NCBI GenBank assembly: GCA_964572155.1
Contig: CAZNDZ010000001.1
Coordinates: forward strand, 518,518 to 582,517
Length of the DNA stretch: 64,000 nt
Direction of reading: 5' to 3'
From: an uncultured Planctomycetales bacterium
Lineage (GTDB): Bacteria > Omnitrophota > Gorgyraeia > Zapsychrales > Fredricksoniimonadaceae
Part shown: positions 38,465 through 47,287 of the stretch, one piece after another
How the letters are laid out: every line of letters begins with the position of its first letter
Position numbering within the stretch: the stretch's first letter is position 1
Translations under genes and position numbers: made by a program
The notes under the pieces: generated by a model
What the model was told of the DNA's origin: nothing
What the model saw: only the letters and a program-made list of their open reading frames with translations
The model's database searches: none

Positions 38465-39266
38465 AAAAATAATTGGCTTAATTGCAGGGAACAATCAATT
38501 TCCTTTCCTCTTTGCCCGTGCTGCTAAAGATCAAGGCTATTGTGTGATTGCTGCAGGTGTTATTGGTGACACATCGCCGCTTCTCTTTTTCTTCGTCGAT
38601 AAATTAAAATATTTTAAAGTGGGCGAGTTAACCAAGCTTTTTGCTTATTTTCGCCAATTTGGCGTGAGTGAAGTGATCATGGCTGGCCAAGTTAATCCAG
38701 ATAATTTGTTTAACCCCAATGTTAAGTTGGATCCTGAGTTTCAAAGCCTTGCCGATGCCCTGCGTGATCGTAAGACCGACACCATCTTTGGTGCTGTGGC
38801 AGATCGTTTGGGAAAAGAAGGTATGACCTTGCTTGATTCGACGATGTTGCTAAAAAAATATTTGTCACCAAAAGGCACATTGACCAAACGGGGCCCAACA
38901 AAGTCAGAATTAGATGACATTGAATTTGGGTTTGGTCTAGCAAAATCCATGGGTGGGATCGATGTGGGTCAGACGGTGGTTGTTAAAGAAAAAGCCATTG
39001 TTGCCATTGAAGCCATGGAAGGCACCGATAAAGCCATTCTACGTGGTGGCGCCATCGCACATAGTGGTGCTGTGATTGTCAAAACATCTAAGCCCAAACA
39101 AGATAGTCGTTTTGATGTGCCAGTCATTGGCCCGCGCACCATTGACAATATGATCAAGATTCAAGCCGCATGCCTTTGCATTGAAGCCGGCAAAACCCTC
39201 ATCATAGACATCGATCAAGTCCTCAAGAAAGCCAACGATAACAACATCTGCATCGTCGCTGCTTAA
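38433..39266 (+). CDS. lpxI: UDP-2,3-diacylglucosamine hydrolase LpxI (DUF1009)
   Basis: 'IGLIAGNNQFPFLFARAAKDQG' and the C-terminal 'DVGQTVVVKEKAIVAIEAMEGTD' are LpxI-like. Sits directly after lpxA. Confidence 0.6.
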   Translation: MSKTLNVASPKKIIGLIAGNNQFPFLFARAAKDQGYCVIAAGVIGDTSPLLFFFVDKLKYFKVGELTKLFAYFRQFGVSEVIMAGQVNPDNLFNPNVKLDPEFQSLADALRDRKTDTIFGAVADRLGKEGMTLLDSTMLLKKYLSPKGTLTKRGPTKSELDDIEFGFGLAKSMGGIDVGQTVVVKEKAIVAIEAMEGTDKAILRGGAIAHSGAVIVKTSKPKQDSRFDVPVIGPRTIDNMIKIQAACLCIEAGKTLIIDIDQVLKKANDNNICIVAA

Positions 39267-40477
39267 GGCCGCAAATCCAAAAATGGTTTTTCAATTAAGG
39301 TGTATAAGAGTACGGAAAGCGCCATTGTCATTAAACCACTGATGAGACCAACATAAACAATGTCTGTGGCTTGGATGTGTTGACCATGATACCAGCGTTG
39401 TAGTGTGATAAAGATAACAATGGGTTGAATCAAGTAAGCCGCATATGAAATTTTGGCAATAGGGTACCAGATTTTTAAGTTTAAGAATTGCTGGATGTTT
39501 CTTCCAATCAAAGTTTTGGAGAATGAGAGCATAAATAGTGCGCATGCCCCCAAAGCAAACCAATATCGATAAGTGGCCATATAAAAATTTCCAAGCGGGA
39601 TTTCCCAGTCACCATAATTTATTCTTCCTAAGATCCAGCCTAGCGTCAATATGGATGCGAACAATAAAGTGTATGCCCATCGTTTTAAATTGATGAATTT
39701 AAAAAAGGATTCGTGTTGAACCAAATAAGCAACACAAACACCGAGAAGCAATGGGCCATAACGCGTGTGTAGTTTGTCGTAGAGCAAGTCATAGTATCTT
39801 AGGAAATGCGTTGTATCCGTCGGGTGAAGCGCTGGATGTATCATAAAATAAAATGTGTAACCGTTTTTGTATGTTAAAAATATGTTGATGAAGAAACCAA
39901 TAATCAGAAGAGTTGAAATGATTAGGTGAGGTTTAAGTTTTTTGCGATAGATGAATAAGATTAGAAAAGGACAGATGATGTAAAATTGCTCTTCAACAGC
40001 TAGAGACCAGCCCCATGGCATAAATTGATTTAAATCTGAAATGAAATTATTGATGAAAATGAGATTTGCCCATGCATTGTGGATATTCTGGGATGTGTTT
40101 TTTGTAAAAAAAGCCAAGGCGCAAAATATTACTATGATCACATAATATAAAGGAGCAATGCGCATGAAGCGGCGCAGCAAGAAACGTAGCACATTTAATG
40201 TTTGGGTGTGGTGTATTTCTTGAAGCAATAAATTGCCTATTAAGAATCCACTGATGAGAAAAAAGATGTCCACACCAAAATGTCCATGCAGAAACCAACG
40301 TAGATATGGAGCATTAAAGAGTTCTTTGGTTTCGTTTGGTGGGAGAAACTCAGCAAAGAGTAAAATAACGTGAAAGGCAAAGCTCCAGATAATGGCTAAT
40401 GCGCGCATGCCATCAATGTGGTTATAGCGCCCTTCATTGCGGATAAAGATGGATCTAATATTTGCTTGGATATTCAT
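39263..40477 (-). CDS. Acyltransferase family 3 (OafA/OatA-like integral membrane O-acyltransferase)
   Basis: 'IDGMRALAIIWSFAFHV' AT3 motif. Ten or more TM segments. Confidence 0.7.
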   Translation of the reverse strand: MNIQANIRSIFIRNEGRYNHIDGMRALAIIWSFAFHVILLFAEFLPPNETKELFNAPYLRWFLHGHFGVDIFFLISGFLIGNLLLQEIHHTQTLNVLRFLLRRFMRIAPLYYVIIVIFCALAFFTKNTSQNIHNAWANLIFINNFISDLNQFMPWGWSLAVEEQFYIICPFLILFIYRKKLKPHLIISTLLIIGFFINIFLTYKNGYTFYFMIHPALHPTDTTHFLRYYDLLYDKLHTRYGPLLLGVCVAYLVQHESFFKFINLKRWAYTLLFASILTLGWILGRINYGDWEIPLGNFYMATYRYWFALGACALFMLSFSKTLIGRNIQQFLNLKIWYPIAKISYAAYLIQPIVIFITLQRWYHGQHIQATDIVYVGLISGLMTMALSVLLYTLIEKPFLDLRP

Positions 40478-40555
40478 AATATTATTAAGTTTCGTCCTTG
40501 ATCCTCATTCTATCAAAAACTAGCGTTTATATAGATAATATGGTATCTTTTGTTC

Positions 40556-43500
40556 ATGCCTCAGAAGTTTTGGTCTTTAATTTTGATGATATGTTTATTG
40601 CCCATGCCGCAAGTCCATGCAGGAGAAAGTGTTATAAGCCTGCCTGCCGGTCAGGCAGGCCTGCCTGTGCCTGGGACCATGGTTCATTTAAGTGCGCCAA
40701 CTAACCCTGTTTTGCTTAAAGGGATAAAAGTTCATCAGGATAATCCATTCAAATTTGAATTCGTAATAGATAAAGGCACCGTAGAGACGCCATTGATGGC
40801 GTCTAATACAACGATCGAAAATGAATCTAAAAAATTAATCAAATATTTTCTTGCCGCGCTAACCATCCCTGAAAAAGATCTATGGGTTAACTTAAGTCCC
40901 TACGAAAAAGACCGCATTGTGCCTGAAAGTTTTGGCCAAACCCAAATGGGCCGCGACTTACTCGCCCAAGACTATATTTTAAAACAAATCACCGCAAGTT
41001 TGATTTATCCAGAAGACACGATTGGCAAAGAATTCTGGCGACGCGTCTATGAAGCCTCCGCAGACAAAAATACTTCGATCAACACCTTTAATAAAGTCTG
41101 GATTGTTCCTAATAAAGCCAAAGTGTATGAGAATGCAAACGCAGGCACAGCCTATGTTGTTGAATCTTCCCTAAAAGTTTTAACAGAACAAGATTACGTC
41201 GCCACAAACAAAAATACCGTACAGACGCGATTTATCGCGTCTCAATCAACCCAAAATATCATCAAAGACATTGTCATCCCGCAATTAACCAAAGAAGTCA
41301 ACGAAGGCGCCAATTTCGCGCAGCTGCGACAAGTCTACAATGCCTTAATCCTAGCAACGTGGTACAAGAAAAAAATCAAAGACAGCATTCTGGCACAAGC
41401 CTACGCCGACAAAAACAAAATCGCAGGCACCCAATATCAAGACAATTTAAACCCAGAACAAATTTATGCGCGTTATCTCGAAGCGTTTAAAAAAGGCGCG
41501 TTTAATTACATTAAAGAAACTGACATGTCAAATGGCATAACCGTTCCAAGAAAATATTTCTCCGGCGGGGCCAACCTTCAAGTTTCGCAGGCGATGACAG
41601 CATCAGACAAAGAGCCAGTAACGACGGGTCATGAGTTTGTGGTTGAAGCAAAGCTTGAATCACCATCCATGAAAGATTATCGTGAAAGGTTAAAAAATGA
41701 ATACTATCATGCGCTCTCCACAGGGCAAAAAGTTATTGATATCACCGCATATTTAGGGTCTGCGGCAGTAAAAGGATTATTTAATGATGGATTTGTGTTT
41801 GAGTTGGATGGTTTTAAGCCAGGAAATATCTCAAATGGGCTTGGTCATGGAAAAGTAGAAGATCGGATTATTATGGAAGATCAAGGAGATCAGCGTATTT
41901 TTAAGCGAATTCGTAAGAATGCTAAATATCCTGATGGAAATATTGTTGTCTATTCTATTTGGCATAAGACACAAAAGAAGGATGAGCACTCGAATGGCAT
42001 GGTATGGGAAAGAGATTATGCACCTTTTGAAGATCGGAGCATAGATATTGAAAATAAATCCCCGTTTAATTCAAAACAGCGTTTTTATGAAGATATTGAG
42101 CGGGAATATAAAGATTTTCCTGGGACTATTGGCATTGCTAAGTTAATTTTTGAAGTTAATAAATTGGAATACAATAAATCAAGAATTGGATCGCTTGTTG
42201 GAAAACGATTACGTCCAACAAATTCTGATGGAAGCAGCACGTTTTCATTGATTAAAGGAAAGATTAAGATACCTGTTTTAGGTACAACTGATGATCTGCA
42301 TACATGGGATCCGGTCATTGTTAGTGAACGCATGGATGAGAATAGCTACGAATTTACTGTCCAGTCAACAACGGATGGCATGGAGCCTATAGAGCGTACA
42401 TTTCGTATAGGGAAAAAGACAAAACAGATAATGTGGAGGGGGCGCGGTAAAACTATTTATGTCATTGAACCTGTTGATCGGGTACCTGTGCAAGTGATGC
42501 AACGTTTGATTGACGCAAGAAAGCCTTTTAATGTTACACGAACTCTTGAAGCATTGAAAGCTATTGAAGGGCAAAATATTGATGTTACTGAAGACACAGG
42601 ACAAATTAAAGTATTCTTTGGAAATGGTGAGTTTTATCGGTGGGCTGTGTTAGGCATGCGGCAAGCTGGTTGGAAGGTTAAGGTGCTGGGAGCTAAGCCT
42701 TCTAGGACAGGTGATTCAATTATTCTTTCAATGATATTAAATAAGCTTAGTGGGCAACATGTTATCAAAGTTTTTGAGTTTGGTAAGAAGGTTGCGATTT
42801 CAAAGCGTGGTTTTAAACATTTTGTGATGGAGCCTGTTAAGTTTAAAGACCTTAGACAGGCGATGAGTGTGAGCGGTTCATATTTGAAAAACGATCTAAA
42901 GTTATTGAGTTTTGATATGACAAATACGATAAGAATCGTTTTTGCCGATGGTAATATTCGATCGAATAAGTATTTAGTATCTTATTCAATTAAACGTTAT
43001 CAGGAAAGATTTGGAAAGAAGGTTGCAGTGGGCGCTGGGCGTGTATTTCATCATGTTCAATTTGATAAAGACGAAGTTGATGATGAAGAAAATAATGCAA
43101 TGTTAGCAGAAGATTTCCCTCATCCAGGAAATAAAACCAGAGTAAATGAATTGAAAGTTGAAGCGCATGATTGGCTTGTTAAATTGCTTCGACGAGAATA
43201 TGGTAATTCGGTTGCTTTTGAGACGTTGGTTGATTCGGCAAAAGATAAGAGTTTTTATTTGGGGAAATTGGGTGCAGGGAAAATTGTTTTGCCGATTTAT
43301 GCGGACAAAGATTATACGCGGCAATTGTTAGATTCTTCTTTCTCGAAGAAGGCTGATGAGCGGTCTGGTTGGGAAACATGGTTGACGAATGTGCGTATGC
43401 TTCATGGTAGCGTCTGGTTTAATTTTGTTTTGATTAAACGAGAGATGGTTGATGGGGTTGAGCAGAAAAGAAAGATTGTGCAGGAGTATGTTGTTAATCC

Positions 43501-46500
43501 GTATATCACAAGGGATGTTCTTTTAATCGATGGAAAGGATATTGATGTTTTAGAAATTGTTAAAGCTGAAAATTTTCCGTCGCGCATGTTAAGTGCGTTT
43601 ATGTTGCGCCCTAATGACTTTGAGAAATTAAAGCCAATGATGTTGGCGTTACAGGGAAGCTTTTTTGGTTTGACACATACAGCAGGTGAAGTTCTTTTTG
43701 CTGTACCTAATAAGTTATATCCTGAAAAGAATTTATTCCTGATTGATAAGTCTGCAGGGGTTGAAGATAAAACACAATGGCATGCGGTTATGAAGAAAGT
43801 TAATTTTCACGATCAAGTGGTAGATTTTACGTTTGGTGTTAGTAAAGATGATACGGTATTGCCAGATGTGAATTTTCAAGCAAGCCCTGCGCTTCAAGAG
43901 CTTTCTGTTAATATTCATGATAAGCAAAAGACCCTAGATGTCATGACCTTAGACAAACGATTGGCTGTTAGAGGATTAGAAAAATTTGCATTATTCGGCG
44001 GCAGTGCGCAGGATTTGATTAAAAGTGGGTTCACCCTTAAAGGGACATCTTTTGGGGAAGTGAATGCCGCTGGTGCCGTGAGCATAACCCCTTGGTCGGG
44101 CCATTCTTATGCAGTGCCAATATCTGGTTTAAAAGATAATGGTGGTCGCGTAGCGATCATTGATGAATATATCTATACGTACTCGCAAGGGAATAAAATC
44201 CGTTATGAATTTACAGCATCAACAATAAAAGATGGAGAAATGCCGTTTCTTCGAAAGTTTATAGCTAGTAAAAATGTTGGCGATAGTTCGTTTGAATCTT
44301 TTGATATTCAGCCAGATGAATCATTTGATGCGCAACAGGCATTAGAAGCAACGTTAAAGCATATTCAGCGTTTGAATGGCGTGAAAATTAAAGTTACGAG
44401 TGGTGAGAATCCACGTCTAAGGGTTATTAATAGAAAATTCGGATTATATTTTCATTCCATATATTTTCAAGGTTTGCAGCCAGGAACCTATGATATGAAA
44501 GTTCAACAAAAAGGAAGAACTGGGGAGTTTAAAGTAACAATGAAAGGAATGAGAGAAACATTGATATATAGGATCAATGCTGATGAACAGCTAAATTTAG
44601 AGACAAATATCAGACCATCTGGCGACGATATTGGTCAAAACGAGTTTGATAAGTTTATATTAGATTTTCGCTCAAAACATCCGAATGATTGGGTTCAAGC
44701 AATACGACAGGATGATCAAAAGCTGAGGGTATATTGGAAAAGCAGTGATGGGAATATTTATCGCACCATTGTAACGGAAGATTTTCTAAAGAGCCTTGGA
44801 TATAGGAATGTTAAATTCAAATTACTTGAAGAAGACAGCAAAGAATATGCTTTGGTTAAGGATGCGATAGACACGAAAACCATGTATGCAACAAAGCATT
44901 TTTTGAAAGTTCAAGCGCAAGATGAATTCCCGCAAGAATATCTACGAAATAAAGAAGGTCTGAAGCGAATTTATGCCGCAACACCTGCGGTTGTTGGGCT
45001 TTCTCAATTGATGTTCGAAGGAATAAAAGGCAAGGAAAGCAAAGAGGTCTTAAAATCTTTAGTTGGTCAAACATTGCCCATTACAGATAAACAAGGAAGA
45101 AGTATATTTGCGATCTTTCCTAATTTTAGCATCAATTTATCGGTCATAGGAACAATGGAAGCAGGTTGGCAGCCTACGGTTTCAAAAGTTGGGATTAATG
45201 AATTAGGATATTTTGAATTTACCATAAGGTCGACGAAGGAAGGCAAAGTGCCAGTAGAGAGAACATTTGAAATAGGACGATTCAAGAAGAAATTCACATG
45301 GAATAATCTCGACGTATTTGTCTATAACTTAATTTCTGTTGAACGTATTCGTCTCATCATTTTAAAGAGGGTCGTTAAGAAGAAGGGGCGATTCAATGCG
45401 CCCAAAGTGAGTGTTTTGTTAAATCAATTAAGGGGTGTTGATTTAGGTCCTTCTTTACCGGGGGGGCAATTAAACATTTATCTATCAACAAATAAACGGA
45501 TGGCATGGTATTTTGCATCAGAAGCGGGTCGGACGATGCGTATATTAGATGCGCGTGTTAGTGACGCTAATGATTCAGTGCTTATTACGACATTGATTGA
45601 GCATACGGTGGGATCGTATTCAATACGAGTGTATGAACTAGGCAAAGAATATGTAGTGGTCAAGAAAGGCTTAGAACACTACACATTTAATCCTGTTTCT
45701 TTTAATAATCAAAATCAAGCAATACGGTTTATTAAGCCTGCCATCATTGGTTTAGATAAGCCTTTAGCGCGCGATCCATTTCTTTCGAATGTTGTTCTTG
45801 AGTTTCCGGATGTCTTAGAAAAAGAGAAGGTAGTGGTGATCCACAATGGAGAATATTATTCACTATTTCCAAAAGAAGAAAAAATGTATGTAGATCGAAC
45901 ATTCTCAGAGGTCAGAAGGGTTTTACAAGAAAGGGCTGTTCGTGATTTTATACAAGGTGATGCGTATAACGCATTGCCACTTAATCGAAGGCTAGGTGCT
46001 TTTATTAAGTTTATTCGCTCAAATGAATACTTTCATGGTGTTGGAAATATGGGAAAGATTTGGAATGCTTTACAGAAACTTGAGGATGAAGAACTTGAAA
46101 ATGAATTAGATTGGGGAAAGATTGGTGGATATAGCATTTTGTATAAAGATTATGAGCGGTTGGTTTCTATTTTAGAGCAAAAAGAAGTTTCTGGGTTCAT
46201 CGAAGAAAAGATAGTCAAGGGTCATATAATCCCTAAGTTAAGCATCAAGTTTTTGCGACGACATTTATTACAAGAACATGCTACTTTTATGTCCCGCATT
46301 CCATTGATGGATTTATACTTAGCCATCCCAATGCAATACCGCAGTCATTTTGCAAGACCAGACGCCGCCATGCTCACAACGTCTGAATCGAATACCGGTG
46401 GGATCGATCTAACAGCCGATCAAATGAATCTCCAAACCAAATCCCAAGATCAACAATCCATGGCCTTTCATATGGATCCAGCTCAGTTGGCTCAGGTGCA

Positions 46501-46576
46501 AAATGCAGAAGGGTTTGAGCCGGTGATTGTTAGTGTTTTGCCGTTGACTGATCTGCATGCGTTTTTGACGCGTTAG
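40556..46576 (+). CDS. Giant secreted protein, paralog 2 (about 2000 aa) with internal about 170-aa repeats (unrecognised family)
   Basis: Signal peptide 'MPQKFWSLILMICLLPMPQVHA'. N-terminal about 300 aa and C-terminal about 65 aa are paralogous to the 19575 gene. At least three internal repeat copies are anchored by 'YEFT-x-x-ST-x-[DE]G-x-x-P-x-x-R-x-F'. Confidence 0.8.
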   Translation: MPQKFWSLILMICLLPMPQVHAGESVISLPAGQAGLPVPGTMVHLSAPTNPVLLKGIKVHQDNPFKFEFVIDKGTVETPLMASNTTIENESKKLIKYFLAALTIPEKDLWVNLSPYEKDRIVPESFGQTQMGRDLLAQDYILKQITASLIYPEDTIGKEFWRRVYEASADKNTSINTFNKVWIVPNKAKVYENANAGTAYVVESSLKVLTEQDYVATNKNTVQTRFIASQSTQNIIKDIVIPQLTKEVNEGANFAQLRQVYNALILATWYKKKIKDSILAQAYADKNKIAGTQYQDNLNPEQIYARYLEAFKKGAFNYIKETDMSNGITVPRKYFSGGANLQVSQAMTASDKEPVTTGHEFVVEAKLESPSMKDYRERLKNEYYHALSTGQKVIDITAYLGSAAVKGLFNDGFVFELDGFKPGNISNGLGHGKVEDRIIMEDQGDQRIFKRIRKNAKYPDGNIVVYSIWHKTQKKDEHSNGMVWERDYAPFEDRSIDIENKSPFNSKQRFYEDIEREYKDFPGTIGIAKLIFEVNKLEYNKSRIGSLVGKRLRPTNSDGSSTFSLIKGKIKIPVLGTTDDLHTWDPVIVSERMDENSYEFTVQSTTDGMEPIERTFRIGKKTKQIMWRGRGKTIYVIEPVDRVPVQVMQRLIDARKPFNVTRTLEALKAIEGQNIDVTEDTGQIKVFFGNGEFYRWAVLGMRQAGWKVKVLGAKPSRTGDSIILSMILNKLSGQHVIKVFEFGKKVAISKRGFKHFVMEPVKFKDLRQAMSVSGSYLKNDLKLLSFDMTNTIRIVFADGNIRSNKYLVSYSIKRYQERFGKKVAVGAGRVFHHVQFDKDEVDDEENNAMLAEDFPHPGNKTRVNELKVEAHDWLVKLLRREYGNSVAFETLVDSAKDKSFYLGKLGAGKIVLPIYADKDYTRQLLDSSFSKKADERSGWETWLTNVRMLHGSVWFNFVLIKREMVDGVEQKRKIVQEYVVNPYITRDVLLIDGKDIDVLEIVKAENFPSRMLSAFMLRPNDFEKLKPMMLALQGSFFGLTHTAGEVLFAVPNKLYPEKNLFLIDKSAGVEDKTQWHAVMKKVNFHDQVVDFTFGVSKDDTVLPDVNFQASPALQELSVNIHDKQKTLDVMTLDKRLAVRGLEKFALFGGSAQDLIKSGFTLKGTSFGEVNAAGAVSITPWSGHSYAVPISGLKDNGGRVAIIDEYIYTYSQGNKIRYEFTASTIKDGEMPFLRKFIASKNVGDSSFESFDIQPDESFDAQQALEATLKHIQRLNGVKIKVTSGENPRLRVINRKFGLYFHSIYFQGLQPGTYDMKVQQKGRTGEFKVTMKGMRETLIYRINADEQLNLETNIRPSGDDIGQNEFDKFILDFRSKHPNDWVQAIRQDDQKLRVYWKSSDGNIYRTIVTEDFLKSLGYRNVKFKLLEEDSKEYALVKDAIDTKTMYATKHFLKVQAQDEFPQEYLRNKEGLKRIYAATPAVVGLSQLMFEGIKGKESKEVLKSLVGQTLPITDKQGRSIFAIFPNFSINLSVIGTMEAGWQPTVSKVGINELGYFEFTIRSTKEGKVPVERTFEIGRFKKKFTWNNLDVFVYNLISVERIRLIILKRVVKKKGRFNAPKVSVLLNQLRGVDLGPSLPGGQLNIYLSTNKRMAWYFASEAGRTMRILDARVSDANDSVLITTLIEHTVGSYSIRVYELGKEYVVVKKGLEHYTFNPVSFNNQNQAIRFIKPAIIGLDKPLARDPFLSNVVLEFPDVLEKEKVVVIHNGEYYSLFPKEEKMYVDRTFSEVRRVLQERAVRDFIQGDAYNALPLNRRLGAFIKFIRSNEYFHGVGNMGKIWNALQKLEDEELENELDWGKIGGYSILYKDYERLVSILEQKEVSGFIEEKIVKGHIIPKLSIKFLRRHLLQEHATFMSRIPLMDLYLAIPMQYRSHFARPDAAMLTTSESNTGGIDLTADQMNLQTKSQDQQSMAFHMDPAQLAQVQNAEGFEPVIVSVLPLTDLHAFLTR

Positions 46577-46640
46577 CCTGCGTATACTTGACGAATACAA
46601 ATGAATATTGTATATTCATATTAAGTACAAGGGGGTTTTT

Positions 46641-46883
46641 ATGTCAAAGACGGTGACCATTCGTTTAAATGATGATGATTACAAACAAATTGCAAGTGCG
46701 GCACAGCAAGAACGTCGACCGATTTCAAATTTTATTACGCATACGGTGTTAGATGTTTTAGCTAGCATTAATGTGGTCGATGATGTTGAAATGCAGGAAA
46801 TTTTATCGGATGCGAGTTTGGTTAAGAAACTAAAACGTGGTCATGCGCAAGTAGCGACTAGAAAAGGAAAATTTGTTGAATAG
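46641..46883 (+). CDS. Ribbon-helix-helix (CopG/ParD-like) antitoxin
   Basis: 'MSKTVTIRLNDDDYKQIASAAQQERRPISNFITHTVL' is a beta-strand then helix-helix RHH signature. The ATG at 46641 follows an AAGGGGG RBS. It overlaps the toxin start. Confidence 0.6.
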   Translation: MSKTVTIRLNDDDYKQIASAAQQERRPISNFITHTVLDVLASINVVDDVEMQEILSDASLVKKLKRGHAQVATRKGKFVE

Positions 46884-47160
46884 TTTCCGTATATTTGAAA
46901 CGGAAGGTTTTCAAGAGGATTTAGACCAAATCTTGGGTAGTAAATTTGAAAAGGTTTATGAAAAGCTCAAATTATTTGTTTATCCGCAGTTGATGTCCCA
47001 ACCGTACTTTGGAAAAAATATTAAGAAATTAAAGAATTATAAACCAGACACATGGCGCTATCGCATTGCGGATATTAGGCTTTTCTATCAAATTGATGGG
47101 AAAGGAAAAGTTGTGCTTATGGCCGCAGCTGATTTACGAAAAGATGCATATAAGCATTAA
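46873..47160 (+). CDS. RelE/ParE-family type II toxin
   Basis: 'WRYRIADIRLFYQIDGKGKVVLMAAADLRKDAY' matches the RelE/ParE C-terminal core. A TTG start overlaps the antitoxin stop by 11 nt. Confidence 0.6.
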   Translation: MLNSFRIFETEGFQEDLDQILGSKFEKVYEKLKLFVYPQLMSQPYFGKNIKKLKNYKPDTWRYRIADIRLFYQIDGKGKVVLMAAADLRKDAYKH

Positions 47161-47181
47161 GATGGCTCCTGTCTTGAGCTG

Positions 47182-47210
47182 TTGACACCCGCCCTTTGTT
47201 TCCTTATAAT
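47182..47210 (+). promoter_or_regulatory. Consensus sigma70 promoter (TTGACA-17 nt-TATAAT) upstream of lysS
   Basis: Exact hexamers with a 17-nt spacer, read from the sequence. Confidence 0.5.
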
Positions 47211-47231
47211 ATTATATTCTAGATAATATAG

Positions 47232-47260
47232 CCCTAAACCACGTTGGGTTTAGGGTTTTT
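47232..47260 (+). terminator. Terminator-like hairpin (9-bp stem CCCTAAACC/GGTTTAGGG, 6-nt loop, then TTTTT) within the lysS leader
   Basis: Perfect inverted repeat followed by a T5 tract. It lies between the consensus promoter and the lysS RBS (AGGAAGG). Confidence 0.5.
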
Positions 47261-47287
47261 AACGGGTAATACTTAGGAAGGTTATGT

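Noticed and set aside
42085-45663. Cluster of short minus-strand ORFs across the centre of giant paralog 2
   Set aside because: They are a consequence of the AT-rich, stop-poor antisense strand of a long continuous plus-strand ORF and are not separate genes.
47211-47287. Possible T-box or lysine riboswitch in the lysS leader
   Set aside because: The leader is only about 75 nt, with a single hairpin. It is far too short for a T-box or L-box and no specifier or T-box consensus was seen. It is reported only as a hairpin/attenuator candidate.
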